From positions 99,634,001-99,698,000 of the forward strand of contig NC_135810.1 in assembly GCF_964213995.1 (NCBI RefSeq): a stretch of DNA of 64,000 nucleotides. The letters run 5' to 3'. The stretch is from Mustelus asterias. Taxonomy: Eukaryota. The notes beneath the pieces were generated by a model, which saw only the letters and a list, made by a program, of their open reading frames with translations, ran no database searches and was not told the origin of the DNA. Numbering within the stretch: position 1 is the stretch's first letter; the number at the start of each line of letters is the position of its first letter. Shown here piece after piece: positions 26,227 through 39,135 of the stretch. The position numbers and the translations under genes were made by a program.

Positions 26227-26402
26227 CATAGAATCATAGAATCCCTACAATGCAGAAGGAGGCCATTTGGCCCATCGAGTCTGCACCGACCACAATCCCA
26301 CCCAGGCCCTATCCCCATAACACCATGCGTTTACCCTAGCCAGTCCCCCTGACACTAAGGGGCAATTCAGCATGGCCAATCCACCTAACCCACACATCTT
26401 TG
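26227..26402 (-). mobile_element. HE1 SINE, 5'-truncated
   Basis: CATAGAATCATAGAATCCCTACA tail. Confidence 0.9.
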
Positions 26403-26490
26403 GAACTTATTTTGAAGTTCTACACTATCCTCCTTATTATTGAGCAGTCAGCCATCCTGGGACCTTCTTTCATTACAAGGCACATTCTAT

Positions 26491-26627
26491 GGGCGGGATC
26501 CTCCAATCTCGTCCGTACCCATCCCACTGCCAATGACAATGGAGAATTTGGCGCTCAGCTAAAACTCGATTCACTGCAGCAGTATCGGAGAACCCCAGCC
26601 ATGGACAGGGTCGGAGGTTCTTGGGGC
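26491..26627 (-). mobile_element. MITE family C
   Basis: GGGCGGGATCCTCC start; GGAGAATTTGGCGCTCAGC core (reverse complement). Confidence 0.75.
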
Positions 26628-27044
26628 ATATGTATTCACAAACTCTGTCTTTAAAAATCATCAATGTTACTACGTCACTTGTTAATTTGCTGCAATCCAG
26701 CAAGAAGTTAACTGATTCTCAGAACCAAATCAATTGAATTTCTTCATTATATTTCACCAGAAGATTTTTTTTACAATGACACAAAATAAATAGTTGAAGA
26801 AGTACAATGGATGCTGAAATTCTGAAATAGTTGAAGAACATTGTTTCGAAGTGCAGTTAATCAAAATTTTTTTTTAAGTGAGGCAGTGAATGTAATACAA
26901 GTTTTCAATCCAGCCAATAATAGAACTAAAGTGGGAATACTTGTTGAAGAACTAGCTTCTCCTGCATCACAGCTATTACTATATTCTTGTCTCTATCCAT
27001 GGATTTACATTAGCTCACAGTTGAGGCACATGAATGTTTAATTA

Positions 27045-27402
27045 GAGATCACAGAATCCCTACAGTGCAGAAGGAGGCCATTCAGCCCATCAAGTCTGCA
27101 CCAACTCTCTGACAGAGCATTTTACCGCTGTCCAACCACCTACCCTATCCCCATAAACCCGTGCATTTACCCCACTAATCCCCTTAATTTACAGATCTTG
27201 GGGCACTAAGGAGCAATTTAGCATGGCCAATCAACCTGACCTGCACATCTTTGGACTGTGGGAGGAAACCGGAGCAACTGAAGGAAACCTACGCAGACAC
27301 GAGGAGAACGCGCAAACTCCTCACAGACAGTGACCCAAGGCCAGAATTGAAGCCGGGTCCCTGGAGCTGTGAGGCAGCAGTGCTAACCACTGTACTACCA
27401 TG
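27045..27402 (-). mobile_element. HE1 SINE
   Basis: Full-length minus-strand copy. Confidence 0.92.
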
Positions 27403-27854
27403 TTGAAGAAGCATTACAGACAACTGCATGCAGAGCGTGCACTTAACGTTTGTAACATATATCATAAGAGAAAAATAAGATACATTTTGTAAATAAGTCA
27501 AATGCACCAATCAATAGAAGAAGGTTATACCATCTATTTAGAATAAGCAGTCTCAGAAAGAAAATTCAGTTAACAATTTCAAATAAAAATTCAATGATTG
27601 GTTGACATGATGTACAGTTTTTTTTAATCTTCCCGCCAATTTTGTTTTTGCCCTCTTGTTCCGAGGGATCCCCATGCCTTTGGCTAACCTTGTTTCTATA
27701 AGGACAGGGCTTTAATTTCACACCCTGGAGGCTTGCACAGTCTAGCCCTGGGACCCTGATGCTCGGAACCGTCTATACCCCTTTACCCCTGCCCGCAGCA
27801 CCCTGGCAGCACTACACTCCAGCACTTGATCACATACACTTCAGACAGGAAAGT

Positions 27855-29150
27855 ACATAGAACATAGAACATTATAGCGCAGTACAGGCCCTTCGGCCCT
27901 CGATGTTGCGCCTACCAGTGAAACCAATCTAAAGCCCATCTAACCTACACTATTCCAATATCATTCATATGTTTATCCAATGACCATTTAAATGCCCTTA
28001 ATGTTGGCAAGTCCACTACTGCTGCAGGCACGGCATTCCACGCCCTTACCACTCTCTGAGTGAAGAACCTACCTCTGACATCTGTCCTATATCTATCACC
28101 CCTCAATTTAAAGCTATGTCCCCTCGGGTGAGCTATCACCATCCGAGGAAAAAGGCTCTCACTATGCACCCTATCTAATCCTCTGATCATTTTGTATGCC
28201 TCTATTAAGTCACCTCTTAACCTTCTTCTCTCTAACAAAAACAACCTCAAGTCCCTCAGCCTTTCCTCATAAGACCTTCCCACCATACCAGGCAACATCC
28301 TAGTAAATCTTCTCTGCACCCTTTCCAATACATCCACATCCTTCCTATAATGCGGTGACCAGAACTGTACGCAATACTCCAAGTGCGGCCGCACCAGAGT
28401 TTTGTACAGCTGCAATATGACCTCCTGGCTCCGAAACTCAATCACTCTACCAATAAAAGCTAACATACTGTACGCCTTCTTAACAACCCTATCAACCTGG
28501 GTGCCAACTTTCAGGGATCTATGCACATGGACACCGAGATCTCTGTTCATCCACACTACCAAGTATCTTACCATTCGCCCAGTACTCTGTAATCCTGTTA
28601 CTCCTTCCAAAGTGAATCACCTCACACTTTTCCGCATTGAACTCCATTTGTCACCTCTCAGCCCAGCACTGCAGCTTATCTCTGTCCCTCTGTAACCTGC
28701 AACAACCTTCCGCACTGTCTACAACTCCACCGACTTTAGTGTCATCCGCAAATTTACTAATCCACCCTTCCACGCCCTCATCCAGGTCATTTATAAAAAT
28801 GACAAACAGCAGTGGCCCCAAAACAGATCCTTGCGGTACACCACTAGTAACTGAACTCCAGGATGAACATTTCCCATCAACCACCACCCTCTGTCTTCTT
28901 ACAGCGAGCCAATTCCTGATCCAAACCGCTAAATCACCCTCAATCCCATGCCTCCATATCTTCTGTAATATCTTACCGTGGGGAACCTTATCAAACGCTT
29001 TACTGAAATCCATATACACCACATCAACTGCTTTACCCTTATCCACCTCTTTGGTCACCTTCTCAAAGAACTCAATAAGGTTTGTGAGGCACGACCTACC
29101 CTTCACAAAACCGTGTTGACTATCCCTAATCAAATTATTCCTTTCTAGAG
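27855..29150 (-). mobile_element. CR1 LINE, RT core to 3' end (frameshifted ORF2)
   Basis: [42 protein letters not shown]; C-terminal ORF 27945-28610. Confidence 0.97.
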
Positions 29151-29896
29151 TAGTCACTGAAGGGTTTCTAACTCATGATTGTAGCAGATCTGAATGTTAA
29201 AGATGTAAAAATTGAGTTTTGCTGCTGCACCATCATTTTCAATTAAGAGAAAAAATGTATAATCTCTGTGTTAAATATTAGAAATACTGAGGGTTGGCTT
29301 AATTTTGTCTGTATTGTGCTGGCTCTTCAGTCAATCAAATAAAACCTGCATCAGTCAATCACCTTGATTTCTATCTAACAAGTCACAAATATATTGTCCT
29401 CATTTCTAGCTATAATATCGTAAAACAGACCAAATACATTACAGGAGATGGCTCTCATTAATTTGTAAAACCATTCAGTAGCGATTCAGGATCCACGGCC
29501 CATTGTTCAGGTTCCACACTTGTGATTTAATTGCTCCAACATTAAGCCAGCGTGCAATGCTTCTTTTCTGAACTATGCTCCAGGTCATACTGTTGGACGC
29601 TTTGGCGCCCGACAACAAATGCTCTGGGTATTGAACCCTTTACAATTACTCTTACACAACCAAACTGTGAGCATTTCCGAGTCTCGATGAAAAGATTGCG
29701 TGGACACACATTCAATTTCCTCTCTTCACAGCCCACCAGTTTGTAACGTTGTAACACAGACAAAATAGGGACATTAAAGTACTGACATTTCACCCAAAAT
29801 GAGATCTGACTTTGAATTTTGATTAATGAGAGCCATCTCCTGTAATGTATTTTGATTCTGTTTATTGAAAATTAAATGTTTGAAGCACATGATTGG

Positions 29897-30210
29897 CAGA
29901 ATCATAGAGTCCCTACAGTGTAGGAGGAGGCCATTCGGCCCATTAAGCGTGCACCGAACACAATCCCACCCAGGCCCTTTCCGTGGAACACAGCATATTT
30001 ACCCTGCTAATCCCTCTGATACTAAGGTACAATTTATCATGGCCAATCAACCTAATCCTCACATCTTTGGACCGTGGGAGGAAACTGGAGCACCCAGAGG
30101 AAACCCACGCAGACAACATGCAAACTCCACAGTGACCCGAGGCTAGAATTGAATCTGGGTCCCTGACGCTGTGAGGCAGCAGTGCTAACCACTGTGCCAC
30201 CATGCCACCC
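29897..30210 (-). mobile_element. HE1 SINE
   Basis: Full-length minus-strand copy. Confidence 0.9.
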
Positions 30211-30357
30211 TAGGATTGTGAGATGGGCAAACCACCTGTATCAAGCAGCAGGCTGCTTACAATGTGCAAACTGAGGTTCTCTGACGTATATGGGACCCTG
30301 ATTGCACTAATGAAGTACGAACAGATGGAGGGGTACCATGCTAGCCGTGTTCACGGG

Positions 30358-30503
30358 GGAAACAGGAGCACCCAGAGGAAACCCACACAGACAACGTGCA
30401 AACTCCACGTAGACAGTCACCAGAGGCCAGAATTGAACCCAGATCTCTGGTGCTGTGAGGCAGCACCAGGGACCCACAGCTAATCACTGTGTCACCATGC
30501 TCC
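30358..30503 (-). mobile_element. V-SINE head fragment
   Basis: GAGCACCCAGAGGAAACCCAC...TGCTGTGAGGCAGCA. Confidence 0.8.
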
Positions 30504-31134
30504 ACACACGTCTCAACTTGGTAAAACTGATTGAAGTTAATCTTATGGATGTAAGATGTTGTATTAAATGGATATATGCTTAACGTTTTTTTTTTGCATG
30601 ATTCTTAACTGCTTCTGCATCCATTCTCAAACTAGTGTGACAAAATATGGGCAACTTGATTGAGTGATTTTGTGGAGGTAAATAATAGAAAGAGTCAAAT
30701 CTCAGCGTTTGCCCTTCCCAATCTCTGTGCTATTATTCCTCCTCCCCCTTTCCCCAGTAAGAAAGACGAATCTTTAATTCATTATGACTGGTGTGCATGT
30801 AACCAGAAACACCAACAGGGCACCTTGGAGTGGTTGGTAAATGAATACAGAAGAGATTCCCAGACAGTCATACTTTATCTATTAGGAGGAAAGCTGATAT
30901 GGATGCTTCTTTGGCCAAGTCTTTGGTTTATTGCTGAATTATTGAGCGATGAGCTTTTCCTCTTATCTGGAAAGCTTCCGTTTACATGGAATCCAGAAGG
31001 TATTTGGAATTCAGCTTAGCTCCAGTGTAGCCTACTAACCTGGCCCACCTTGGGGAGGGTAACTCTTCTCATGCCAATGAATCAATGAATCCTGATTGCA
31101 TCCTGCCAGTGTATTTGTTGCCTGGTTAGGCATC

Positions 31135-32070
31135 GGTATGATGAGGGATCTCAGGTCTACGGAGAAGGCTGGAGGAGCTGGGATTGATCTTCGTATATTA
31201 GAAAAGATTAAGGGGATATTTAATAAAGGTATTCACAGTTATGAAGGGTTCTCATAGAATCCTTACAGTGCAAAAGGAAGCCATTTGGTCCATCGAGCCT
31301 GCACTGACTGCAATCCCACCCAGGTCTTGTCCCCTCAACCCCATGCATTTACCGCTGCTAACCCTCATGACACCAAGAGGCAATTTACCATGACCAATCA
31401 ACCTAACCCGGTTCTGGTCGAGTAAATAAGGAAAACGTGTTTCCATGGGCAGGGTGGTTGGTAACCAGAGGTCATGCTTTTGAGATAATTGATAAAACAA
31501 TCTTGCTGTGAGTTGACCAGAATCTATTTTGTACAGTGAGCTGTTATGATCCAGAATGCACAGGCTGGATGGTTGGAGGGAGCAGTTTTAGTATTATACT
31601 TGAAAAATACTTGAAAAGGAAGAATTTGCAGGACTTCGTATGAAGGTCAAGGAATAATTGAATAGCTCTTTCAAAGAGTTGGCACAGGTAACATAGAATC
31701 ATAGAATCCCTACAGTGCAGAAGGAGGCCATTCGGCCCACCATACCTGCAACGACAGCAATCCCACCCAGGCCCTATCCCCATAACGCCCATATATTTAC
31801 CTGTGACGCCCCCTGACGCTAAGGGGCAATTTAGCATGGCTAATCACCTAACCCACACACCTTTGGAGTGTGGGAGTAAACTGGAGCACCCCCAGGAAAC
31901 CCACGCAGACACGGGGAGATTGTGCGAACTACACGCAGACAGTGACCCAAGGCCGGAATTGAACCCGGGTCTTTGGCACTATGAGGCAGCAGTGCTAATC
32001 GCTGTGCCACCCTGCTGCCCTAAACTTCTAACATGGGCTGAATGGCCTGTGTTATTGCATGACTTCTGAA
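31135..32070 (+). mobile_element. Decayed CR1 3' fragment hosting two minus-strand HE1 copies (31253-31410 and 31692-32021)
   Basis: GGAGAAGGCTGGAGGAGCTGGG and GAAAAGATTAAGGGG; HE1 tails CATAGAATC. Confidence 0.7.
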
Positions 32071-32232
32071 AAGTTGGATGGATGAAAATAAATAGGCTTA
32101 GATGAAGGGTGAAATTAAGGGAACACATTTAAAACAAACAATAAGAAGGGTGAATTGAGATTAGGTCTCAGCATTTGGCAGATATCATTATTCTAAAATC
32201 ATTGCCATGGGACCTAAAGAGGAACAAGGTGA

Positions 32233-34160
32233 TAGAACATAAGAACATAAGAACTAAGAGCAGAAGTCGGCCATCTGGCCCCTCGAGCCTGTCCTGCCAT
32301 TCAATAAGATCATAGCTGATCTTTTCATGGACTCAGACCCACTGACCCACCCGCTCACCATAACCCTTAATTCCTTTACTGTTCAAAAACTTATCTATCC
32401 TTGCCTTAAAAACATTCAATGAGGTAGCCTCAACTGCTTCACTGGGCAGGGAATTCCACAGATTCACAATCCTTTGTGTGAAGAAGTTCCTCCTCAACTC
32501 AGTCCTAAATCTGCTCCTTCTTATTTTGAGGCCATGCCCCCTAGTTCTAGTTTCGCCCACCAGAGGAAACAACCTCTCTGCTTCTATCTTATCTATTCCC
32601 TTAATAATCTTATATGTTTCTATAAGATCTCCCCTCATTCTTCTGAATTCCAATGAGTATAGCCTCAGTCTACTCAGTCTCTCCTCATAAGCCAACCCTC
32701 TCAACTCCAGAATCAACCTAGTGAAGCTCCTCTGCACCCCCTCCAGTGCCAGTATATTGTTTCTCAAGTAAGGAGACCAAAATTGTACACAGTACTCCAG
32801 GTGTGGCCTCACCAGCACTTTATACCGCTGCACCATAACCTCGCTGTTTTTAAACTCCATCCCTTTAGCAATGAAGGACAAAATTCCATTTGCCTTCTTA
32901 ATTGGGCGGCACGGTAGCACAGTGGTTAGCACTGCTGCTTCACAGCTCCAGGGACCTGGGTTCGATTCCCGGCTCGGGTCACTGTCTGTGTGGAGTTTGC
33001 ACATTCTCCTCGTGTCTGCGTGGGTTTCCTCCGGGTGCTCCGGTTTCCTCCCACAGTCCAAAAATGTGTGGGTTAGGTTGATTGGCCATGCTAAAATTGC
33101 CCCTTAGTGTCCTGAGATGTGTAGGTTAGAGGGATTAGTGGGTAAAATATGTAGGGATATGGGGGTAGGGCCTGGGTGGGATTGTGGTCGGTGCAGACTC
33201 GATGGGCCAAATGGCCTCCTTCTGCACTGTAGGGTTTCTATGATTCTATGAATTACCTGCTACACCTGCAAACCAACTTTTTGTGATTCATGCACAAGGA
33301 CACCCAGGTCCCTCTGCACAGCAGCATGCTGCAATTTTTTACCACTTAAATAATTGTCTATTTTGCTGTTATTCGCACCAAAATTAATGACCTCACATTT
33401 ACCAACATTGTACTCCATCTGCCAGATCCTTGCCCACTCATTTAGACTACCTATATCCCTTTGCAGACTTTCAGCGTCCTTTGCACGCTTTGCCCTGCCA
33501 TTCATCTTAGTGTCATCTACAAATTTTGAAACACTACACTTGGTCCCCAACTCCCAATCATCTATATAAATCATAAACAATTGCGGTCCCAACACTGATC
33601 CCTGAGGCACACCACTAGTCACTGATCACCAACCAGAAAAACACCCATTTACCCCCACTCTTTGCTTTCTGTTAGTTAACCAATCCTCTATCCATGATAA
33701 TACATTACCCATAACACCGTGCACCCATATCTTATGCAGCAGCCTTTGGTGCGGCAGCTTGTCAAATGCCTTCTGGAAATCCAGATACTCCACATACACA
33801 GGTTCCCCATTGTCCACTGCGCACGTAATGTTCTCAAAAAATTCCACCAAATTATTCAAATATGAACCCATGCTGCGTCTTCCCAATGGGACAATTTATA
33901 TCCAGATGTCTCGCAATTTCTTCTTTGATGATATAGATTCAAGCATTTTCCCTACTACAGAAGTTAAGCTAACCGGCCTATAGTTACCCGGCTTTTGTCT
34001 ACCTCCTTTTTTAAACAGTGTCATCACATTTGCTGTTTTCCAATCTGCGGGAACCACCCCAGAGTTCAGCGAATTTTGGTAAATTACCACTAGTGCATTT
34101 GCTGTTTCCCCCGCCATCTCTTTTAGTACCCTGGGATGCATTCCATCAGGGCCAGGAGAC
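32233..34160 (-). mobile_element. CR1 LINE, about 1.6 kb of ORF2 (RT to 3' end), interrupted by HE1
   Basis: [60 protein letters not shown]. Confidence 0.97.
32904..33250 (+). mobile_element. HE1 SINE, full-length and young-looking
   Basis: GGGCGGCACGG...TTCTATGATTCTATG; AATT duplicated on both flanks. Confidence 0.95.
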
Positions 34161-34725
34161 TCAAGAGCCAATCCCAAACTAATGGGTTGTAAGCCTTCAA
34201 GACAAAGGAAACAACGCAATTACCTTTTATAGAATCTCTGCTGCCAGAAACTATTTGACATTCTGATGGAATGGGCGGCCAGAAAGATTTATGGCTTAAA
34301 AAAAAATCAGTATTTTTAAAATTGCAGTATCTTCGTGGCCAAATGGAAATCCTGCAAGTAATGCTTATTAAATGAAACCTTACCTACAAAGGAAGTAAAA
34401 TTACAACCTTTCAAAGCATATCATTTGAACAAAGGAAAATAAAGAGTATAATTTTATGGAATAAAAAGGAGCTGGGGAATACAAGTGTAGCTTGTCCTGC
34501 CATGTGGAGGCTGAAGGTATTTGTGAGTGACTCTCTCAAATTCCCGAGCACAAGGAATCAGGTGGAGGTACATTAAACGTGGAGCTTCTAAGTAAAGTTC
34601 AGACAGTAAACTTGATACAAGGCACATGAAAGAGCCACGCATATGGTTGTTTGAGGAAGACCAAAAGGCAAGGAAAGGAACTGATTTTCTCCCTAAAGCA
34701 AGTTTCAGCCAGGTGGAAGTGGGAT

Positions 34726-35043
34726 CATAGGGTCCCTACAGTGCAGAAGGAGGCCATTCGGCCCATTGAGTCTGCACCAACCACAATCCCACCCAGGCCC
34801 TATTCCCATAACCCCCCATATTTACCCTGCTAATCCTCCTGACATGAGGGTCAATTTAGCAAGGCCAATCAACCGAACCCTCACATCTTTGGACTGTGGG
34901 AGGAAACCGGAGCACCCGGAGGAAACCCACGCAGACACAGGGGGAACGTGCAAACTCCACACAATGACCCAAGGTTGGAATTGGACTTAGGTCCCTGGCG
35001 CTGTGATGCAGCAGTGCTAACCACTGTGCCACCGTGCCGCCCC
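34726..35043 (-). mobile_element. HE1 SINE
   Basis: Full-length minus-strand copy. Confidence 0.92.
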
Positions 35044-35919
35044 TAATGTACAGTGTTCACTTGTTCACTTGTTCGGTGTTTGATTATGTTGTCTGGATTT
35101 TCGCTCAACAAGTCCGACGTGTAGAGCCAGGAAATTTTCTGGCCCTCGGTATCCACCTCAGGGAAAAAGTTTTAATAAGCATTCATGATATGCAAATGAA
35201 TGCAAATACTGAGAATTTAATTGCTTATGTTTTCAATTTCCGAACATATTTTCTGTGGTAATCTCTATATGTCCCTCCCCTTCCTTGCCTCAACTTTCTT
35301 TCTCCATTTTTCCACAGATATCTCAAATAGATAAGATTTTCTCACAGATTTGCACAGTGAATTGGATTATGCTTAGTCTGATTCTGCCTGCTTCAAATAG
35401 ACCAGAGGCTACATTTCAGACCCTACCATTCCGGTTATTTTTAAATTCAAGATTAAAAATCATGCCACCCCTAATTCTTTCTACGAAATGCTACCACCGG
35501 AATTTTACCTTGCAGCCCTTGGGCAATGGGTTGGGAAGCAAGAGGACTGGCAAAATGGTGGAGGAATGTAGAAGTCACAGGTGTTCCAAAAATCTGCAAC
35601 GTCAGTGCCTCAGTTGCCCACTAACTGGATGTGCACAGCCAATTAGTCCAAAAAGCTGAGCTATTAATGGCTATTTCACAATGCCACCAGCACTTTACCA
35701 GCATCGGAAGGGCCCCTGCAACCTGGAGAGACAGCCAGTACACCCAAACAGCCTCCCAGCGGCTTCCTGGGGCGGGGCCCTTCTTTTCTTGGCCATTCCA
35801 TAAGCCGCAGAGGGTCCCCGGTGGCATTGGCCATGGCCGCAGCTCTGACACTGCTACTTAACCGCTCACCCCTTCCATTGCTGTAGCCTGCCCGACTGCC
35901 CACCTGACACTCACAGTAG

Positions 35920-36420
35920 ACTCCATCAGGTAACACATTCCCCTTCTGTCCCCCCTCCACCTTCTGAAGCCGGCATTCCCTTTGGTTTATCCTTTTCCAC
36001 TCATCAACCAGATTGATTTGCAACTTTTCCTGTCACTCTAACACTTCTTTTTGCAATCATGGCAGTTGAAAATCTATCCATGTACCCATTCGCATACCAT
36101 TATCCAGGGCATCAAATATTACTTCTTCATGGGACAATTTATGTTTAATTCCTCCAACTTAATATCCTATATTCACTGCTCACAGTGTAGTTTCCTCCAC
36201 AATGGAGAATCCAAACACATATTGGATAGTCAATTTACTGAATATATCCTTTCTCTCCGCAACTGTGATCTCTGCCGAGGTGTGGCTTATCATTATGATG
36301 CTACAAGCTCAAACGTAGCCTTTGGAACATTATGTTACATTCCTCCTGTACTGTGTTCTGCCCATTCACTTCAGTGATTGAAACCTTAGCATTATCCCCT
36401 TTCACTCAGATTCAGAATGT
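35920..36420 (+). mobile_element. Old Penelope-like element relic (GIY-YIG region)
   Basis: IQGIKYYF...NLISYIHCSQCSFLHNGESKHILDSQFTEYILSLR aligns with the PLE at 49640-49760. Confidence 0.7.
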
Positions 36421-37033
36421 AAGGGTGTAAGGGTGAGTTTGTCAGCATCCAGGCAGAAGGTAGTTAATAGGTTAATAATGAGTGGGCAACAAGGTTGCAG
36501 GCGTGGGGAAGTGTGAGGTTATTCACTTGAATAGGAAAGCAGAAACTTTTTAAAAAGGCATGAAACTTTTAAATGTTGCTAATCAGAAGGACAAGGCACA
36601 AAAACATTAGCTTGCAGGTAACAGCCAGCAATCAGGAAGGGAAATGCCACATAGGAACTCTTTCTACGACAGTTTTGAGCTTTTGTGGGACCACACAAGG
36701 TCAAATCCTGGATCTCCCTCCCAAACAATATTGTCTGCTGCCCCACATAGGCTGCAGCAGTTCAAGAAAGCAGCTCACCGTTATCTTTCCCAGGGCAATT
36801 ATAGGGGATGGACAATAAATACTGGCCTTGGCAGTAACACTCACAGCCCATGAACAAATAATGGAATACTGCATGCAGTTTTGGTCTCCATATCAGAAGA
36901 AGGATATCCTTGTGCTGGAGGTGATACAGTGTAGCTTCATTATATTCCGAGGATGAAAGGCTTATTGAGAGGATGAATAAATTTGGCCTTTACTCTCTGG
37001 AGTTTTCAAGAATATGAATTGATCTCACACAAT

Positions 37034-37290
37034 GGCCGGAATTTTCCCACCCCACCTGCCAAGGGAATTGCAATGGGCGAGGGGCTGACAACGAGAAGGT
37101 CCATTGACCCCGGGTGGGAGATTGTGGTTTCAGGTCGAGCGAGGCCGTAAGTTCTCACCCTGTGGGTGGGATTTTCTGGCCATGACCGACCCAAGACCAG
37201 AAAATCCTGCCCGAGATCAACAGACCTTTGCACGGTCAGCCCCTTGCCCGTTCCAATTCCCTTGGCAGGCGGGATGGGAAAATTCCGCCC
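37034..37290. mobile_element. Inverted dimer of MITE family A (37034-37160 and 37164-37290)
   Basis: Two 127-bp units in opposite orientation separated by TGT. Confidence 0.85.
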
Positions 37291-37370
37291 AAGATCCTGA
37301 AAGGGCTTGACAGAGTCGACACTGGGAGGTTGGGGAATCTAGAATATAGGGCCAATCATTTAGAACTGAT

Positions 37371-37578
37371 GGACAAGGTTCTCTGGTCTTCCCTCAGCGT
37401 TTTTCTCAGTGGCTGGAGGTGGTTCATCCTCCGCTGGCGATGGGACTTGAAGATCCCATCACTGTCAATAGGAATTCCCATTGCAGCCACCCCACGCCCC
37501 CAGGAAACCCGCGTAGACAGTGCGCCACCGGCAGCACCAGAGAATCCCGCTGGCGTGAACGGCCAGAGAATTCTGGCC
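37371..37578 (+). mobile_element. MITE family E (Harbinger-like)
   Basis: GGACAAGGTTCTCTGG...CCAGAGAATTCTGGCC; TSD GAT. Confidence 0.8.
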
Positions 37579-37881
37579 GATGAGGAATTTCTTCACTTGT
37601 TGGGCTGTGAACCTTTGGTATTCTCTACCCAAAAGGGCTGTGAATACTCAATCATTGTGTATATTTGAGGCTGAGATTGACAAATGTTTGATCTCTTCAG
37701 GGACTAAGGAATATGGGGAATGGGCGGGAAAGTAGAATTGTGACAAAAGATCAGCCATGGTCAAACTGAATGGTGAAGCAGGTTCAAGGAGGTTTAGCTT
37801 ATGTTTAAATGTTGGCATGGTTGGCATTTTGGGTATGGATTCTTCAGCAGAGCACGACAGTTATTTTTTATCTTTACAGGT

Positions 37882-38188
37882 TGATGCGCGATTAATCCAC
37901 TCGGGAGGCTAGATCGTACCCAGGAATAAAGGCTTTTATTCGCAACAAGAATAGAGCATACTGCTTAACAATACAATCCTAGACTAAAGGGTCACTAGGA
38001 AGTGCAGTGACCTTTATACTCCTATAGGAAGGCGGAGCCAAACGGAGTGTACCACAGAACAATGCTAACAGGTGGAACACCCCAACCCTAACCCCAACAG
38101 TAACAAGAGTAACATATGTACAAGTACCCATAGTGATAACCATCTATGGTTCAGTACCCATAGTGGGAACCATCTATGGTTCACCACA
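37882..38188 (-). mobile_element. Solo LTR (307 bp)
   Basis: TG...CA termini; 5-bp TSD CAGGT (37877-37881 and 38189-38193); TTTATT and TTTATA on the plus strand; internal 30-bp tandem duplication at 38123-38182. Confidence 0.85.
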
Positions 38189-38684
38189 CAGGTGTCACTA
38201 AATGTACTGTGCATCTGGTATACTTCTTTCTATTTCATATTTCTTGTGGCTTTGCCTTTTGTCTTTCTCATATAATTTCTCCACTTTATTTAACTATTTT
38301 GTTGTTTGTGTAACTGCCTGCCTGTGGTGTGTACACATCAACTACCAGTTTTCACTTCCCTCCAAATTTCACAAAACCTGCTTATTAATCATTACAAGTC
38401 ATCAGTCACAGGAATGGCCATTTTGATGCTTGGCTTTTGCCTGTTGGTCTCTCTGCCTCTCATTCTGTTTAGTTCAGCCTGTCAGGAAGCTTTCATCCTT
38501 CAGTATCTAGTTGTGAAAAGGGCTCTGCTTAGACATGAATCAATCTTTACACATTATTGTTGACGCTGTGTATTTCAAACACTTTGGTTGAAGTTGCGCC
38601 TTCAGATGCTGCAAGGCTCATCTGGAACATAAACGCTGGAATGGACCTGTTGTGTTCTGTAAATGATAATTCCATTTACTATAA

Positions 38685-38795
38685 GCCCAATGTTTTCCAG
38701 TCCCATTGGGAGATTTGGCAGCCCAGCCAAAAGTCCACTGACTTTCGTCGGGACTGGATGATCCCGGTGGCAGGCAGGGCTGGAGAACCCCACCC
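38685..38795. mobile_element. Short Harbinger-like MITE
   Basis: Ends GGAGAACCCCACCC; internal resemblance to families A and C. Confidence 0.5.
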
Positions 38796-39135
38796 TATGT
38801 GACTTCTCTGCCTGCTTTAAACAGTCACAGAAAGCTGCATTAAAGGCAATCTCACTTATGTAGTTAAGCTCTATTCAGACAAGTGAATAGACAAAAATCA
38901 TCTAGGCTAACATTTGGCTGCCCTATCTTGTCCGCTGTCAAGAGGAAGCTGCTTGAATCATGTAATTGAAGTTTGGACTGTAACAAAGTATAATAAACAG
39001 CATTTAAAACAGATTGCTGGAGTATGGCTGGCAAGCTTATACGTATAATGTAAAGGAATAAATGATGGGTTGGATTAACTTTTAAAAGTAGGATGGGAAA
39101 AAAAACTGCCATCCAAAACAAAAATGAGGACAGGG

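Larger units (their letters stand above)
36480..37800 (+). mobile_element. Decayed CR1 3' portion hosting a LINE-B tail (about 36690-36860) and three MITEs
   Basis: GGAATACTGCATGCAGTTTTGGTCTCC, ILKGLDRVD and AGATCAGCCATG. Confidence 0.75.

Noticed and set aside
27945-29157. Active LINE or functional reverse transcriptase gene
   Set aside because: 5'-truncated, lacks the endonuclease domain and ORF1, and is frameshifted, like all RT fragments in the window.
32904-32980. tRNA gene (and similar A/B-box sequences elsewhere)
   Set aside because: These are tRNA-derived SINE heads continuous with SINE bodies.
32333-33061. 242-aa ORF as a novel gene
   Set aside because: Chance in-frame fusion of antisense HE1 SINE sequence with the CR1 ORF2 C-terminus.
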